Assembly: GCA_030390025.1 (NCBI GenBank)
Contig: CM059431.1
Span: forward strand, 21,576,001 to 21,640,000
DNA: 64,000 bases
Reading direction: 5' to 3'
From: Squalus acanthias
Lineage: Eukaryota
Shown here: positions 36,366 to 47,750 of the stretch, piece by piece
How the letters are laid out: each line of letters starts with the position of its first letter
Numbering within the stretch: position 1 is the first letter of the stretch
Translations under genes and position numbers: made by a program
The notes under the pieces: model-generated
What the model was told of the DNA's origin: nothing
What the model saw: the letters and a program-made list of their open reading frames with translations, nothing else
The model's database searches: none

Positions 36366-37389
36366 AGTCTCAGAAGAGAAAATATTTTTAACTGAATTTG
36401 TAGCCAGCATGAAGAGGGGAGAGGCTTGCCATGATCAGCATAGAAAGCAGCTAATCAGAAGAACCTAATAATTCAAATACAACTTGTAGATAGGTTTAAA
36501 GCACTTGGGAAAACAAACTGAAATCCTCTTAACACAAAATAAATGCAATGTTGATAAATTGTCTTAGTTTTGCTTTCTAACAACAAAGAAACCACAGGTG
36601 CTGCTAATCATGGGTGTTGTCTGTGAAGTAAAATTGAGCAGCTCATTAATGAAACTTGCTTGAAATAAAGCTTTGAAAATTCATCTCCAAAGTTTTTAGA
36701 TTAAAAAAAGAAACTCACAAATCCACACAGGATGAGGAGACACTGCTTTTTGTTTTGACTCAGAGACCTATTGATGCATGCTAGTAAATTCTGCAAGCCC
36801 TGAGTGTAGGGATGTTTCTTAATAATGTTTTCAATGTTTGGGGGGAAAATATCCAGTTAGGCCTGGTTGTTTCCATAAATCCTTAGAAGTTTCTCGCTGA
36901 CAGTTTTCCATCTATTTTCCAGACTTCTCTGCCTCTTCAATTCTAATTTGCTGCTGTTGTACTTTGAGTCAATCAAAAGTGTGATAGCAAAAGTATTACC
37001 AGAAAAGTGAGACAATCAGGAAGTAGACTGGATGCAAGACTTTTAAATATATTGTAGATAGGTACCTAATTGGTAAGTAGAAAATAACCGTTTATTACCT
37101 TTTCAAGGTTATCTAGTTTACTCGGGGCGGGGGTGGGGGCGGGGGCGGGGGGGGACAAAGGTGTTATGCAAATAATTGTTGCTGCTGTCTAGGTGTGGTT
37201 TACTTAGCTGTTACTTTGGACCTGAAATTACACTGCAGGATACTACTGACTGAATGGTTAAACACATTTGTCTGAAATTCCTCTTTCTACTATTTTAGTG
37301 GCGGAATTAACCCATTTATTTTAAATGGATTTATGCAAAGGCTATTCAGTATTTTGACTGAAGCAATCTGTTTATCTGGATTAGCCGAC

Positions 37390-38885
37390 ACAAAGGGGGT
37401 TAAAAATTAAAAATTGGAAAACTCGACCCCAACCTGACCACTTCCACTTTTAATGGAGGCGGCTCGGGGGCGAGCGACCAACCCGCTCTCAGGATGCGGT
37501 TAAGTCACTAAAATCTTTTAAGGAGGCTGCGCGACTCCATTTTAACTCAATTTATATTTTTAACACCTACAGGCCAGGATTTCTGGGTCTCGGGAATCCC
37601 GGCAGATGAAATCCAAGAAATCCAATAGGGAATTCAGAAGAAACTTCTTTACCCAGAGAGAATGCAGGAACTTGCTACCACAGGGAGTGGTTGAAGCGAA
37701 TAGCATAGATGCATTTAAGGGGAGGCTAGACAAGCATATGAGGGAGAAGGGAATAGAGGGTTATGCTGATAGATTTAGATGAGGAAAGACGGGAGGAAGC
37801 TCGTGTGGAGCATAAACACCAGCATGGACTGGTTGGGCTAAATGGCCTGTTTCTGTGCCATATATCCTATGTAATCCTATGTAAAGGAGGCAAGAAGGAC
37901 CGGATCCATGAGGTAAGTACCTTTATTGCACTAGTTGTGGGCCAGGAGGAGCAGTACTGCTTCCTCCAGCCCATGAAGCTTAACTTTAAAACACCCTGCA
38001 ATGGGACCCCTCCCGTAATCTGCCATCCAACCCCCCGATGTTCAACTCCCCCCCAATGTTCGACTCCCCCCGCAATGTCCAATTCCCCTCACCCCCCCGA
38101 TGTTCGACTCCCCCCGCGATGTCCAATTCCCCTCACACCCCCCACAATGTTCGACTCTCCCCCCCGATGTCCAATTCCCCTCACCCCCCCAATGTTCGAC
38201 TCCCCCCGCGATGTCCAATTCCCCTCACCCCCCTGATGTTCGACTCCCCCCGCGATGTCCAATTCCCCTCACCCCCCTGATGTTCGACTCCCCCCGCGAT
38301 GTCCAATTCCCCTCACCCCCCTGATGTTCGACTCCCCCCGCGATGTCCAATTCCCCTCACCCCCCCAATGTTCGACTCCCCCCGCGATGTCCAATTCCCC
38401 TCACCCCCCCGATGTTCAATTTCCCCCCGCGATGTCCAATTCCCCTCACCCCCCCGATGTTCAATTTCCCCCCGCGATGTCCAATTCCCCTCACCCCCCC
38501 GATGTTCAATTTCCCCCCGCGATGTCCGATTCCCCTCACCCCCCCAATGTTCGACTCCCCCCGCGATGTCCAATTCCCCTCACCCCCCCGATGTTCAATT
38601 TCCCCCCGCAATGTTCGATTCCCCTCACCCCCCCCGATGTCCCATTCACCCCCCTCCCCCGATATCCGACTCGCCCGCGCTATTGGACTTATGTGACATC
38701 TGCTCCCGGCTACTTTCTAGCCTGTCAATCTGGCTGGCTGTCGGGCGGGAAACTTGTGGATGAAATTTAAAACAGGTCCTGCAGCTCAATGTGGCAGGAC
38801 ATGCGAGAAACCCGTATTTCCAGGATTCCTGTCCGAAAATCCTACCTCTTGCTCTTTTCCCGGCTCTGAGTTATTATCGGGCCCG
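37390..38885. mobile_element. Harbinger-like MITE containing a CR1 tail (~37610-37882) and a minisatellite
   Basis: Right end GTTATTATCGGGCCC resembles the TIR of 5954-6672. Shared GGGAATCCCGGCAG / GGCCAGGAGGAGCAG motifs. Confidence 0.45.
38032..38660 (+). repeat. C-rich minisatellite, ~44-bp unit, about 14 copies
   Basis: Unit CCCGCGATGTCCAATTCCCCTCACCCCCC(T/C)GATGTTCGACTCCC. The 44-bp period shows in repeated starts at 38255, 38299 and 38343. Confidence 0.92.
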
Positions 38886-39459
38886 TACACTTTACTTGTT
38901 TTGATCAGCAGATGGCAGAATAGAGCACAGCCCTCAATATCAGAAAAGATCAGCTTCCTGCTGTTAAATTCTAAAATGTGTTCAACCTTTGAAAATTGAG
39001 ACCATTGTTCCATATCTTCAGCTGAATATTTAAAATTAAACTGTCAGAAACATTTTCAGTTTTAGATGCTATGCTATAATTTTGAATCCATTATCAAGTA
39101 TGGATTCTGCTCCCAATCTAAAAAACAAACCACACACAGACAGAAGAAAGATTTGCGTGGCCGTACTTTGTATATCTTTGTATTTCTTGTGTAAAAGAAT
39201 GTAGCTACAGATCCTCACAGATGTTCCTCAAAAAGAATCTAATATTCTCCTTTTAATTATCTCTCTACCATGAACTTATCCTCACCTACACTCTATACCA
39301 AACACCCTTACCCAGCTGAGTGAACTATTGTAACATCTCAGCCAATGGTACAGTGCAACCAGTCACTTGGAGAAACAACAATGTTTTGGGAGTGAATTAT
39401 CCTTCAATTATTCATCGCTTTAACGCCCCCTTCTCTCCACTAGGAAGTGTTTTGCTGTT

Positions 39460-40707
39460 AAAAGAAAGAAAGATTTGCATTTATATAGCGTCTTTCGCGA
39501 CCTCAGGACGTCCCAAAGTGCCTTACAGCGAATGAAGTACTTTTGAAGTGTAGTGACTGTTGTAATGTAGGAAACGTGGCATCCAATTTGCGCACAGCAA
39601 GATCCCGCAAACAAATGTGATAATGACCAGATAGTCTGGTTTAAGGGATGTTGTGTAAGGTGTTTGGTTTCCTCGTCCTTACAAGGTTCTTTGACTCTGG
39701 GTTTTACAGGAACAAAATGGTAGACGACACAAAGGTTTAGGTTCAACCCAAAACTGTGAGTTTATTAAAACCAACAAAACACAGACAAAAACCTGTTGAG
39801 ATTTGACTGAAACTTACAATCACCCATCCGGCCGGTCGTTACCGTTGTGGATTGTAGGCCTGGATCGGAGATGACCTGTCCCCGTCCTTTATCTGACTGC
39901 AGCTGCCTACACAGCGCAAACCCCTTGTAGAGTCAACTGAATTCTTACAATCACCCGTCCGGCTGGTCGTGGCCGACGTCGATTGCAGACTGGGGGCTGG
40001 AGATGACCGTCTTCCCTTCCTCCTTACGCCTGGCAGTTCCTGTAGTCAGAGCTAGCTTCCGAGAGAGAGAGAGAGAGAGAGAGAAAGCTTCCGAGCGAAA
40101 AGCAGAGAGAGCTGTGGGTGTGGTTCCTTCCGTCATGCCTTTTCGAGTCTGGGCCTTCCCCCAACTCTTGTTTTCCAATACACACCTAGTAATCCAAACC
40201 ACAGGATGTGTATAGGGCTGAGGGATGGAAGACAATTCCTTATCTTGTCTCCCCCGCCCTGTGATACATATTTAATGTAATTTAGTCTCACTGCTGATGT
40301 GTTTTGCCCAAGGTTAAAGTGTTTTCCAGGAAGTCCATTGTTCCAGCGAAACTGGCATCGTTGTCTTATCCATTGAAGATCTATCGAAATCCATTAAAAC
40401 ACGAAGTCTCATTGTCCACCTATTCACCATTAAATCACCTATCGAGACGCTCATTGTTTAAGTTAAACTCAGAGCATTGTCCAGATGTTAATTTTTCCCA
40501 TCGAAACCAATCACGATTCAAGGCCTCACAGTTCAATGTCAATGTCCTTTTCATTGTCCAGTATCAATGTGTTCTCCAAGAACTGCAAACTTTAATGACT
40601 GGCACCTTTTCTGTGCCTTGAAGTTTAGCCGTTTCATGCCCTTATGCTGGGGCCAAACTGTTCCATGAAACTTACAGTTGATTGAGGGATAAATATCAGC
40701 CAGGACA
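39460..40707 (-). mobile_element. SacSINE1-like SINE 3' part, split by a solo LTR
   Basis: SINE sequence ...GATGTTG at 39647-39653 resumes as GTTGATTGAGGGATAAATAT at 40677. Confidence 0.7.
39654..40676 (-). mobile_element. Solo LTR (1023 bp; ERV or Gypsy type)
   Basis: Termini TGTAAG...CTTACA and 4-bp TSD GTTG. AATAAA on the minus strand at ~39761-39766 suggests the orientation. Internal direct repeat CTTACAATCACCC.TCCGGC.GGTCGT (39813, 39944). Confidence 0.8.
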
Positions 40708-40948
40708 ATAAACTTCTAACCCACGAAGGAAAAAACAAATTGGCCGATCTCTAAACTATCCATCTCATCCAATTTGCCAGCTAATCATCATGTTAATCAT
40801 CAGCCCACCCTCCCTGTTGGCCCAGCAGAAGAGAAGATTCTGCCAAGTAGAAAATCATGTCATGAGTGCATGGCCCCACACTCCACAGTGTAGTATTTGT
40901 AAGACAACCCACAGCATCATGAGTCCACTACCCTTACAAGTTTTCTGA

Positions 40949-41070
40949 TGCAGAGATGCCGGTGTTGGACTGGGGTGGACAAAAATGAGAAGTCGCACAA
41001 CACCAGGTTATAGTCCAACAGTTTTATTTGAAATCACGAGCTTTCGGAGCGCTGCTCCTTCGTCAGGTAA
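40949..41070 (-). mobile_element. 122-bp PLE terminal insertion consisting only of hammerhead and tail
   Basis: TSD AAGTTTTCTGA (40938-40948 / 41071-41081). Same terminus as the 2570 and 9285 insertions. Confidence 0.8.
41034..41070 (-). ncRNA. Minimal hammerhead ribozyme motif (CUC cleavage triplet)
   Basis: Reverse complement: TTAC-CTGACGA-A-GGAGC agc GCTCC-GAAA-GC-T-C-GTGA. Confidence 0.7.
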
Positions 41071-41174
41071 AAGTTTTCTGAAGAAAGAACTTGCAGTTTT
41101 ATAGCACCTTTCATTACCTCAGGATGCGCCAAAGTATTTCAAAGCCAATTATAATATTAGTGTGTACCCAATTA

Positions 41175-41800
41175 TGGGTTCGATTTTAACTCCCGGGTGG
41201 GAACACAGCAAAGCGTGCTCGTCGGGAGCAACAGCAGGCAGGCTCGGACAATTTTAACGGCTGGGCCTTATTAGCTTGCCAACTCCCGATCAAAACAGCT
41301 GCTAAATTGGCAGGAAGTTGAAGCCTGGCGGTTAAAATCGGGTGGCAAGAGGCTGCCGCCAGGGACCCAGGGTACGATCCCCGGCACAAGGTAGGTGCTC
41401 GGGAGGGCAATCCCGGTCGCGGGAGGAGGGGGATGTCTGGGGCAGGAGAGGCCCAAGGTTTCCTTGGGGGGTCTGGAGGAGCAGTCCTGTTCCTCGAGGC
41501 CCAAAAGTAAACTAAAAAAAATGTAAAGATCTTACTCTTCTGGCCTCGGCTGCTATTCCTCTCAGGCTTCCCCGCTCAGTCCTCAGGTTAAAATGGCAGA
41601 CGGGGGGCCCCGAAAAGGTCATCGGAGCCCAATCTGCATATTTAAAGAGGACCCCGCCGGCTTGGGGTGTCTTTGCCACCTGCAATTTATAATTGAAGTC
41701 AGCCAGATCAGGGTGGGAAAGGAGTGGGTAAGTCCCCTGCTCTGTTTTAACTGCTCCCCCGCTTGGTTTCCACCAGGCGAACCCTATGATTCCATTTGCC
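41175..41800. mobile_element. Harbinger-like MITE (family of 24172-28491)
   Basis: Starts GGGTTCGATTTTAACTCCC. Internal ATCTGCATATTTAAAGAGGACCCC is shared with 28324. Confidence 0.5.
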
Positions 41801-41864
41801 CTGTTGAAATAGCAAAGTAAGGAATTTCTTACAAATGCATTAAGCATTCGTAAACCAAAAAAAT

Positions 41865-42625
41865 GAAAGAATTAATTTGCATTTATGTAGCGCCTTTCAC
41901 AACCACAGGACATCCCAAAGCGCTTCACAGTCAATGAAGTACTTTTGAAGTGTAGTCACTGTCGTAATGTAGAGAAACGCAGCAGCCAATTTGCTTGGCG
42001 TCAGGTCCCACAAAAAGCAATGATATAAATGACCAGATAAACCGTTTTGTGATGTTGGTTGAGGGATAAATATTGACCAGGATACTGGGAGAACTCCACC
42101 GCTCCTGTTTGAACAGTGCCATGGAATCTTTTATACCCACCTGAGCAAGCAGGCAGGACCTTAGTTTAACATCTCATCCAAAAGACAATACCTCTGGCAG
42201 GACTCACAACCACTGTGTTGATAGTCCAGTACCATAGCGACTACACTACTGTCCCTTTCTACCCTAGGAATGCCATATCTTTTAAAGAATGCTATCAGCC
42301 GCTCCTGCTGCTATAGCAAGCTAGCTCTGAATTTAATAAGCTCACCAGCATGCCAAAACAGAGAATCTGTGATCCTGCATAATGTAACAGTGAGCTGCAA
42401 ATCGATTGATCCTTGTCCAGTGTCCTGCCATTAGCTCGAAGGAGTAAGAAAGAAAGAAAGACTTGCATTTAAATAGCACCTTTCACGACCACCGGACGTC
42501 TCAAAGTGCTTTACAGTCAATGAAGTACTTTTGGAGTGTAGTCACTGTGGTAATGTGGAAATGCGGCAGCCAATTTGCGCACAGCAAGCTCCCACAAACA
42601 GCAATGTGATAATGACCAGATAGCT
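41865..42625 (-). mobile_element. Two SacSINE1-like SINE fragments (~41865-42200 and ~42447-42625)
   Basis: Tails GAAAGAA..TTGCATTTA..TAGC and Deu-like core on the minus strand. Confidence 0.7.
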
Positions 42626-43082
42626 GACATTACTTAAAGACATTAAAGCAGCATAGGTCCATCACAGAGTAGAATAGGAAATGCTGCAACCTATGTTCTT
42701 GTGACTGGATCAGCTGTTTCAATCCATATAGTAGCATGAGGGTATTAGCAAGTCTAATTTTACTGGACCAGTTGAAGGAGGAGGAATGAGATGAGTGGCA
42801 GAGGAGGGCAGGGAGGCACCCAACTATAGGAGTGTGGCAATAAAGTTGACTGCTACTGGCAGTGAAGTGCTAATGTTTCTCATGTGGTTGCGGGTCTGGT
42901 TCCAGGAGATAGCACAATTCACACATAAGTGAAGCATAGCCTTCCCACATATTGCTACTCAGTCGAGGCAACTTTGCCCTAAGTGTTAAATACACTGGTT
43001 GGGGTAATAGTGGATCCTAGTGGTCCATTCTCCTATAGTTGGGTGCCTCCCTGCCCTCCCCTGCCACTCATCTCATTCCTCC

Positions 43083-43330
43083 TCAGGCAGCATCTGTGGA
43101 GAGAGATACAGAGTTAACATTTCAGGTCGATGACCTTTCATCAGAACGGGAAGATGCTAGAGTTGAACAGCCTTTGTGGAAGTACAGGGCATGGGAAAAG
43201 GGGGCAGTAAAGGATGGGGTGGAAGGCAGGAGTGATTAAATGACAAAAGTGATATTGGTACAAGGCAAACGGAGGAGATAATGAGACAAGTATAGAAACA
43301 AAAGATGGGTCATGGGGAGGTGTAAATGGT
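43083..43330 (-). mobile_element. PLE pLTR remnant (second family) with a hammerhead at 43112-43148
   Basis: Reverse complement: GTT-CTGATGA-A-AGGTC atc GACCT-GAAA-TG-T-T-AAC (CpG-decayed stem III), followed by TCTGTATCTCTCTCCACAGATGCTGCCTGA as at 32950-32980. Confidence 0.65.
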
Positions 43331-44339
43331 TAGAGCAGAATGGCAGAGGGGGCAGGGAAGCATGGAAAATCAGACAAAAAGTAGAATGCTCTTACGGCCC
43401 AAGAATGTGGCGGAAGAAAGGCAGGTAGACCCCAGCAGTGTGGACCCCCCCGCCATCCGCGTACCAATAGGGGATCCCCACCCCCACCCCAAGCACCAGC
43501 CCACATCTCCGCCACTCCCAGTGGCGCTCGTACAGCCATCCTCCATGCACCTGGGGATGAGGTTAAATCACATTAACAGAGGAGCAGAGAAGAGCTTTAT
43601 TCTGCCAACCAATTTATACTACACCTGGCCTGTGAATACTTAATCCTGATATTGAAAAAAAAAATCAATTTCCCAGTTTAAACATTCTTCATCTGATGAG
43701 CACAAAATTCAAAAGGAAAAATAAAAATTGTGCTTCAAGAGATTTTCGCACTTATATCGTTGTATAGGCACATGTAATCTGCTACCCCATGTTCTACCTG
43801 GTTGGATTCAGGACCCACGTTGGAGGAACAGCTGCATCATTCACTTGCCTTAGGCTCCTGAAGATTTCTAGTGGTTGCAGGGCGATAACTTTTTCCCATA
43901 ATAAGTCCAGTATTTGTCTTGGTGCATCATGAGTGCCGAAATTGCTTTGTGCCCCTAGCATAATGACTCAGATTGCCGAGACTGGACTGATCTGAGCACT
44001 GCCATTTTATTAATTTTCTTGTGAGGAAGTCTGTGTTCCAGCTGACTGTTCTTTGTTTACAGAGTGCAATTATAATGTGCTTTGCTTCTTGCCCTTAGTG
44101 TTTCGTGAAATACTGATATGGTAAAAGAGTTAATTAGCTGTTCCTCACAGGCAGCTCAGTCCTGTTTCAGATTTTTATATTTGGCTGGCTATTGCCTGCA
44201 GCATAGGTCTTGTCATAAAGCTATTTTAGCTGACATTACAAATTCTATAATCTACTGTGGTTGCGAAGAGTATATGGCAGTTGAAGTTTTTCTGGAGAAA
44301 AGAAAAATCTTGCATTTATATAGCACCTTATCTAGCGAA

Positions 44340-44455
44340 TAATGTGAATAGATTTTGTCTGGGTTTAAATTGTGAATTCTGGGAGATTCTCTCATTGCTA
44401 ACTTACCTGACGAAGGAGCGACAGCTCCGAAAGCTTGTAAAATTAAATAAATCTC
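44340..44455 (+). mobile_element. PLE pLTR fragment with a hammerhead at 44403-44440
   Basis: TTGTGAATTCTGGGAGATTCTCTCA as at 10147, then TTAC-CTGACGA-A-GGAGC gaca GCTCC-GAAA-GC-T-T-GTAA. Confidence 0.72.
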
Positions 44456-44764
44456 ACATAAAAGTGGGAAAACTAGCGGCAGAGAGTCAGTGGGAGCGGA
44501 GAGAGTGAGCCTGAGGGGAAACAATGCGATGGGACAACAGACAAAAACGGGAGAACCAGCAGCAGAGAGTCAGTGAGAGCACGAGCAGAATGTGGAAATC
44601 TGAGAAAGAAATTCAAAAGTGACAACACTGCTGCGGAGCGAGCGGATTGGTGGGTAACAGATCAAGTACTTACATAGAAACATAGAAGATAGGAGCAGGA
44701 GTAGGCCATTCGGCCCCTCGAGCCTGCTGCGCCATTCAATGCGATCATGGCTGATCATCCAAAT

Positions 44765-47628
44765 TCAGTACCCTGTCCCTGCTTTCTCCCCATATCCCTT
44801 GATCCCCTTAGCCTTAAGAAATATATCTAACTCCTTCTTGAATATATTTAATGAATTGGCCTCAACTGCCTTGTGTGGTAGAGAATTCCACAGGTTCACC
44901 ACTCTCTGGGTGAAGAAATTCCTCCTCATCTCTGTCCTAAATGGCTTACCCCTTATCCTTAGACTGTGACCTCTGGTTCTGGACTCCCCCGCCATCGGGA
45001 ACATCCTTCCTGCATCTAGTCTGTCTAGTCCTGTTAGAATTTTATAAGTTTCAATGAGATCCCCTCTCATTCTTCTAAACTCTAGTTAATATAAGCCTAA
45101 TCGACCCAATCTCTCTTCATACGTCATTCCTGCCATCCCAGGTATCAGTCTGGTGAATCTTCGCTGCACTCCCTCCATGGCAAGAACATCCTTCCTCAGA
45201 TAAGGCGACCAAAACGGCACACAATACTCAAGGTGTGGTCTCAACAAGGCCCTGTACAACTGCAGCAAGACATCCTTGCTCCTGTACTCGAATCCTCTCG
45301 CTATGAAGGCCAACATACCATTTGCCTTCTTAACCGCCTGCTGCTCCTGCATGCTTACCTTCAGCGACTGGTGCACAAGGACACCCAGGTCTCGTTGCAC
45401 TTCCCCTTTTCCCAATCTATTGCCGTTCAGATAATAACCTGCCTTCCTGTTTTTGCCACCAAAGTGGATAACCTCGCATTTATCCACATTATACTGCATC
45501 TGCCATGCATCTGCCCAATCACCCAACCTGTCCAAATCATACTGGAGTTTCTCTGCATCCTCCTCACAGCACACACGTCCACCCAGCTTTGTGTCATCTG
45601 CAAACTTGGAGATATTAAATCTAGTTCCTTCATCTAGATCATTTATATATATTGTGAATAACTGGGGTCCTAGCACCGATCCCTGCGGTACCCCACTAGT
45701 CACTGCCTGCCACTCGGAAAAAGACCCGTTTATTCCAACTCTTTGCTTCCTGTCTGCCAACCAGTTCTCTATCCAAGTCAGTACCTTACCCCCAATCCCA
45801 TGTGCTTTAACTTTGTACGCTAATCTCTTATGCGGGACCTTATTGAAAGCCTTCTGAAAGTCCAAATACACCACATCCACTGGTTCTCCCTTATCTATTC
45901 TACCAGTTACATCCTCAAAAAATTCCAGTAGATTAGTCAAGCATGATTTACCTTTTGTAAATCCATGTTGACTTTGTCCGATCCTGTCACTGTTTTCCCA
46001 CTGCTCTGCTATTACATCTTTTATAATGGACTTTAGCATTTCCCCACTACCGATGTCAGGCTTACCGGTCTATAATTCCCTGTTTTCTCTCTTCCACCTT
46101 TTTTAAATAGTGGGGTTACATTAGCTACCCTCCAATCCATGGGAACTGTTCCAGAGTTGATAGAATTTTGGAAGATGACCAGCAATGCATCTACTATTTC
46201 TAGGGCCACTTCCTTAAGTACCCTAGGATGTAGATTATCAGGCCCTGGGGATTTATCGGCCTTCAATCCCGTCATTTTCCCTAACACCATTTCCCTACAA
46301 ATACTGATTTCATTCAGTTCCTCCCTCTCATTAGACCCTATGTTCCCCGACATCTCTGGGAGTTTATTTGTGTCCTCCTTTATGAAGACAGAACCAAAGT
46401 ATGTATTTAATTGGTCTGCCATTTCTTTGTTCCCCATTATAAATTCCCCTGATTCTGACTGCAAGGGACCTACGCTTGACTTCACCAATCTTTTTCTCTT
46501 CACATATCTATAGAAGCTTTTACAGTCAGTTTTTATGTTCCCTGAAAGCTTACTCTCATACTCTATTTTCCCCCTCTTAATTAATCCCTTTGTCTTCCTT
46601 TGCTGAATCCTAAACTGCTCCCAATCCTCAGGTTTGCTGTTTTTTCTGGCCAATTTATATGTCCTCTCCTTGGATCTTATGCTATCCCTAATTTCCCTTG
46701 TTAGCCACGGTTGAGTCACCTTTTTTGTTTTATTTTTATGCCAAACAGGGATGAACAAATTCTGTAGTTCATCTATGCGATCTTTAAATGTTTGCCATTG
46801 CCTATCCACCGTCAACCCTTTAAGTAACATTCCCCAATCCATCCTAGCCAACTCGTGCCTCATACCATCGTAGTTTCCTTTATTTAAATTCAGGACCCTA
46901 GTCTCTGAGTCAACTACTACTTTACTCTCCATCTTAATGAAGAATTCTATCATATTATGATCGCTCCTCCCCAAGGGGCGTCGCACAACAAGATTGCTAA
47001 TTAATCCTTTCTCATTACATAATACCCAGTCTAAGATGGCCTGATCTCTAGTTGGTTCCTCGACATATTGGTCCAGGAAACCATCCCGTATACACTCTCG
47101 GAATTCCTCTTCCACAATATTGTTACTAATTTGGTTAGCCCAATCTATATGTAGATTAAAGTCACCCATGATAACTGCTGTGCCCTTCTTGCACGCATCT
47201 CTAATTTCCCGTTTAATGCCATCCCCAACCTCAGCATTATTGTTTGGGGGTCTGTATACAACTCCCACTAACATTTTCTGCCCTTTGGTATTTCTCAGCT
47301 CTACCCATACAGATTCCACATCATCAGAGCTAATATCCTTCCTTACTATTGTGTTAATCTCCTCTTTAACCAGCAATGCTACCCCACCTCCTTTTCCTTT
47401 TTGCCTGTCCTTCCTGAATATTGAATACCCCTGGATGTTGAATTTCCAGCCTTGGTCACCCTGGAGCCATGTCTCCATAATCCCAATTATATCATATCCG
47501 TTTACATCTATTTGCACAGCTAATTCATCCACCTTATTATGAATGCTCCTCGCATTAAGACACAAAGCCTTCAGGCTTGTTTTTTTAACACTCTTAGACC
47601 TTTTAGAATTATTGTTTACTGTGGCCAT
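44765..47628 (-). pseudogene. CR1 ORF2 (APE plus RT) with one frameshift (~46040) and one in-frame stop (45086-45088)
   Basis: CLNARS, ETW, GDFN and SDH; YLDFQKAF, GVPQGSVLGP and FADDTK; C-terminus RRNFFTQRVVNLWNSLP. Confidence 0.92.
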
Positions 47629-47750
47629 GTTTGATTTACACCCTTGATTTCTCTGACTTCCACTTTTGCTTTTCTCCTTCCTGTCTTTTGCTTCTATCCT
47701 TGCTTCCCTTTCCTCTGTCTCCCTGCACAGGTTCCCAACCCCCTGCCATT

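Noticed and set aside
38032-38770. Repetitive proline-rich ORFs and a CRISPR-like periodic appearance
   Set aside because: Tandem minisatellite with no unique spacers, no cas genes and a eukaryotic context; the ORFs are artefacts of the repeat.
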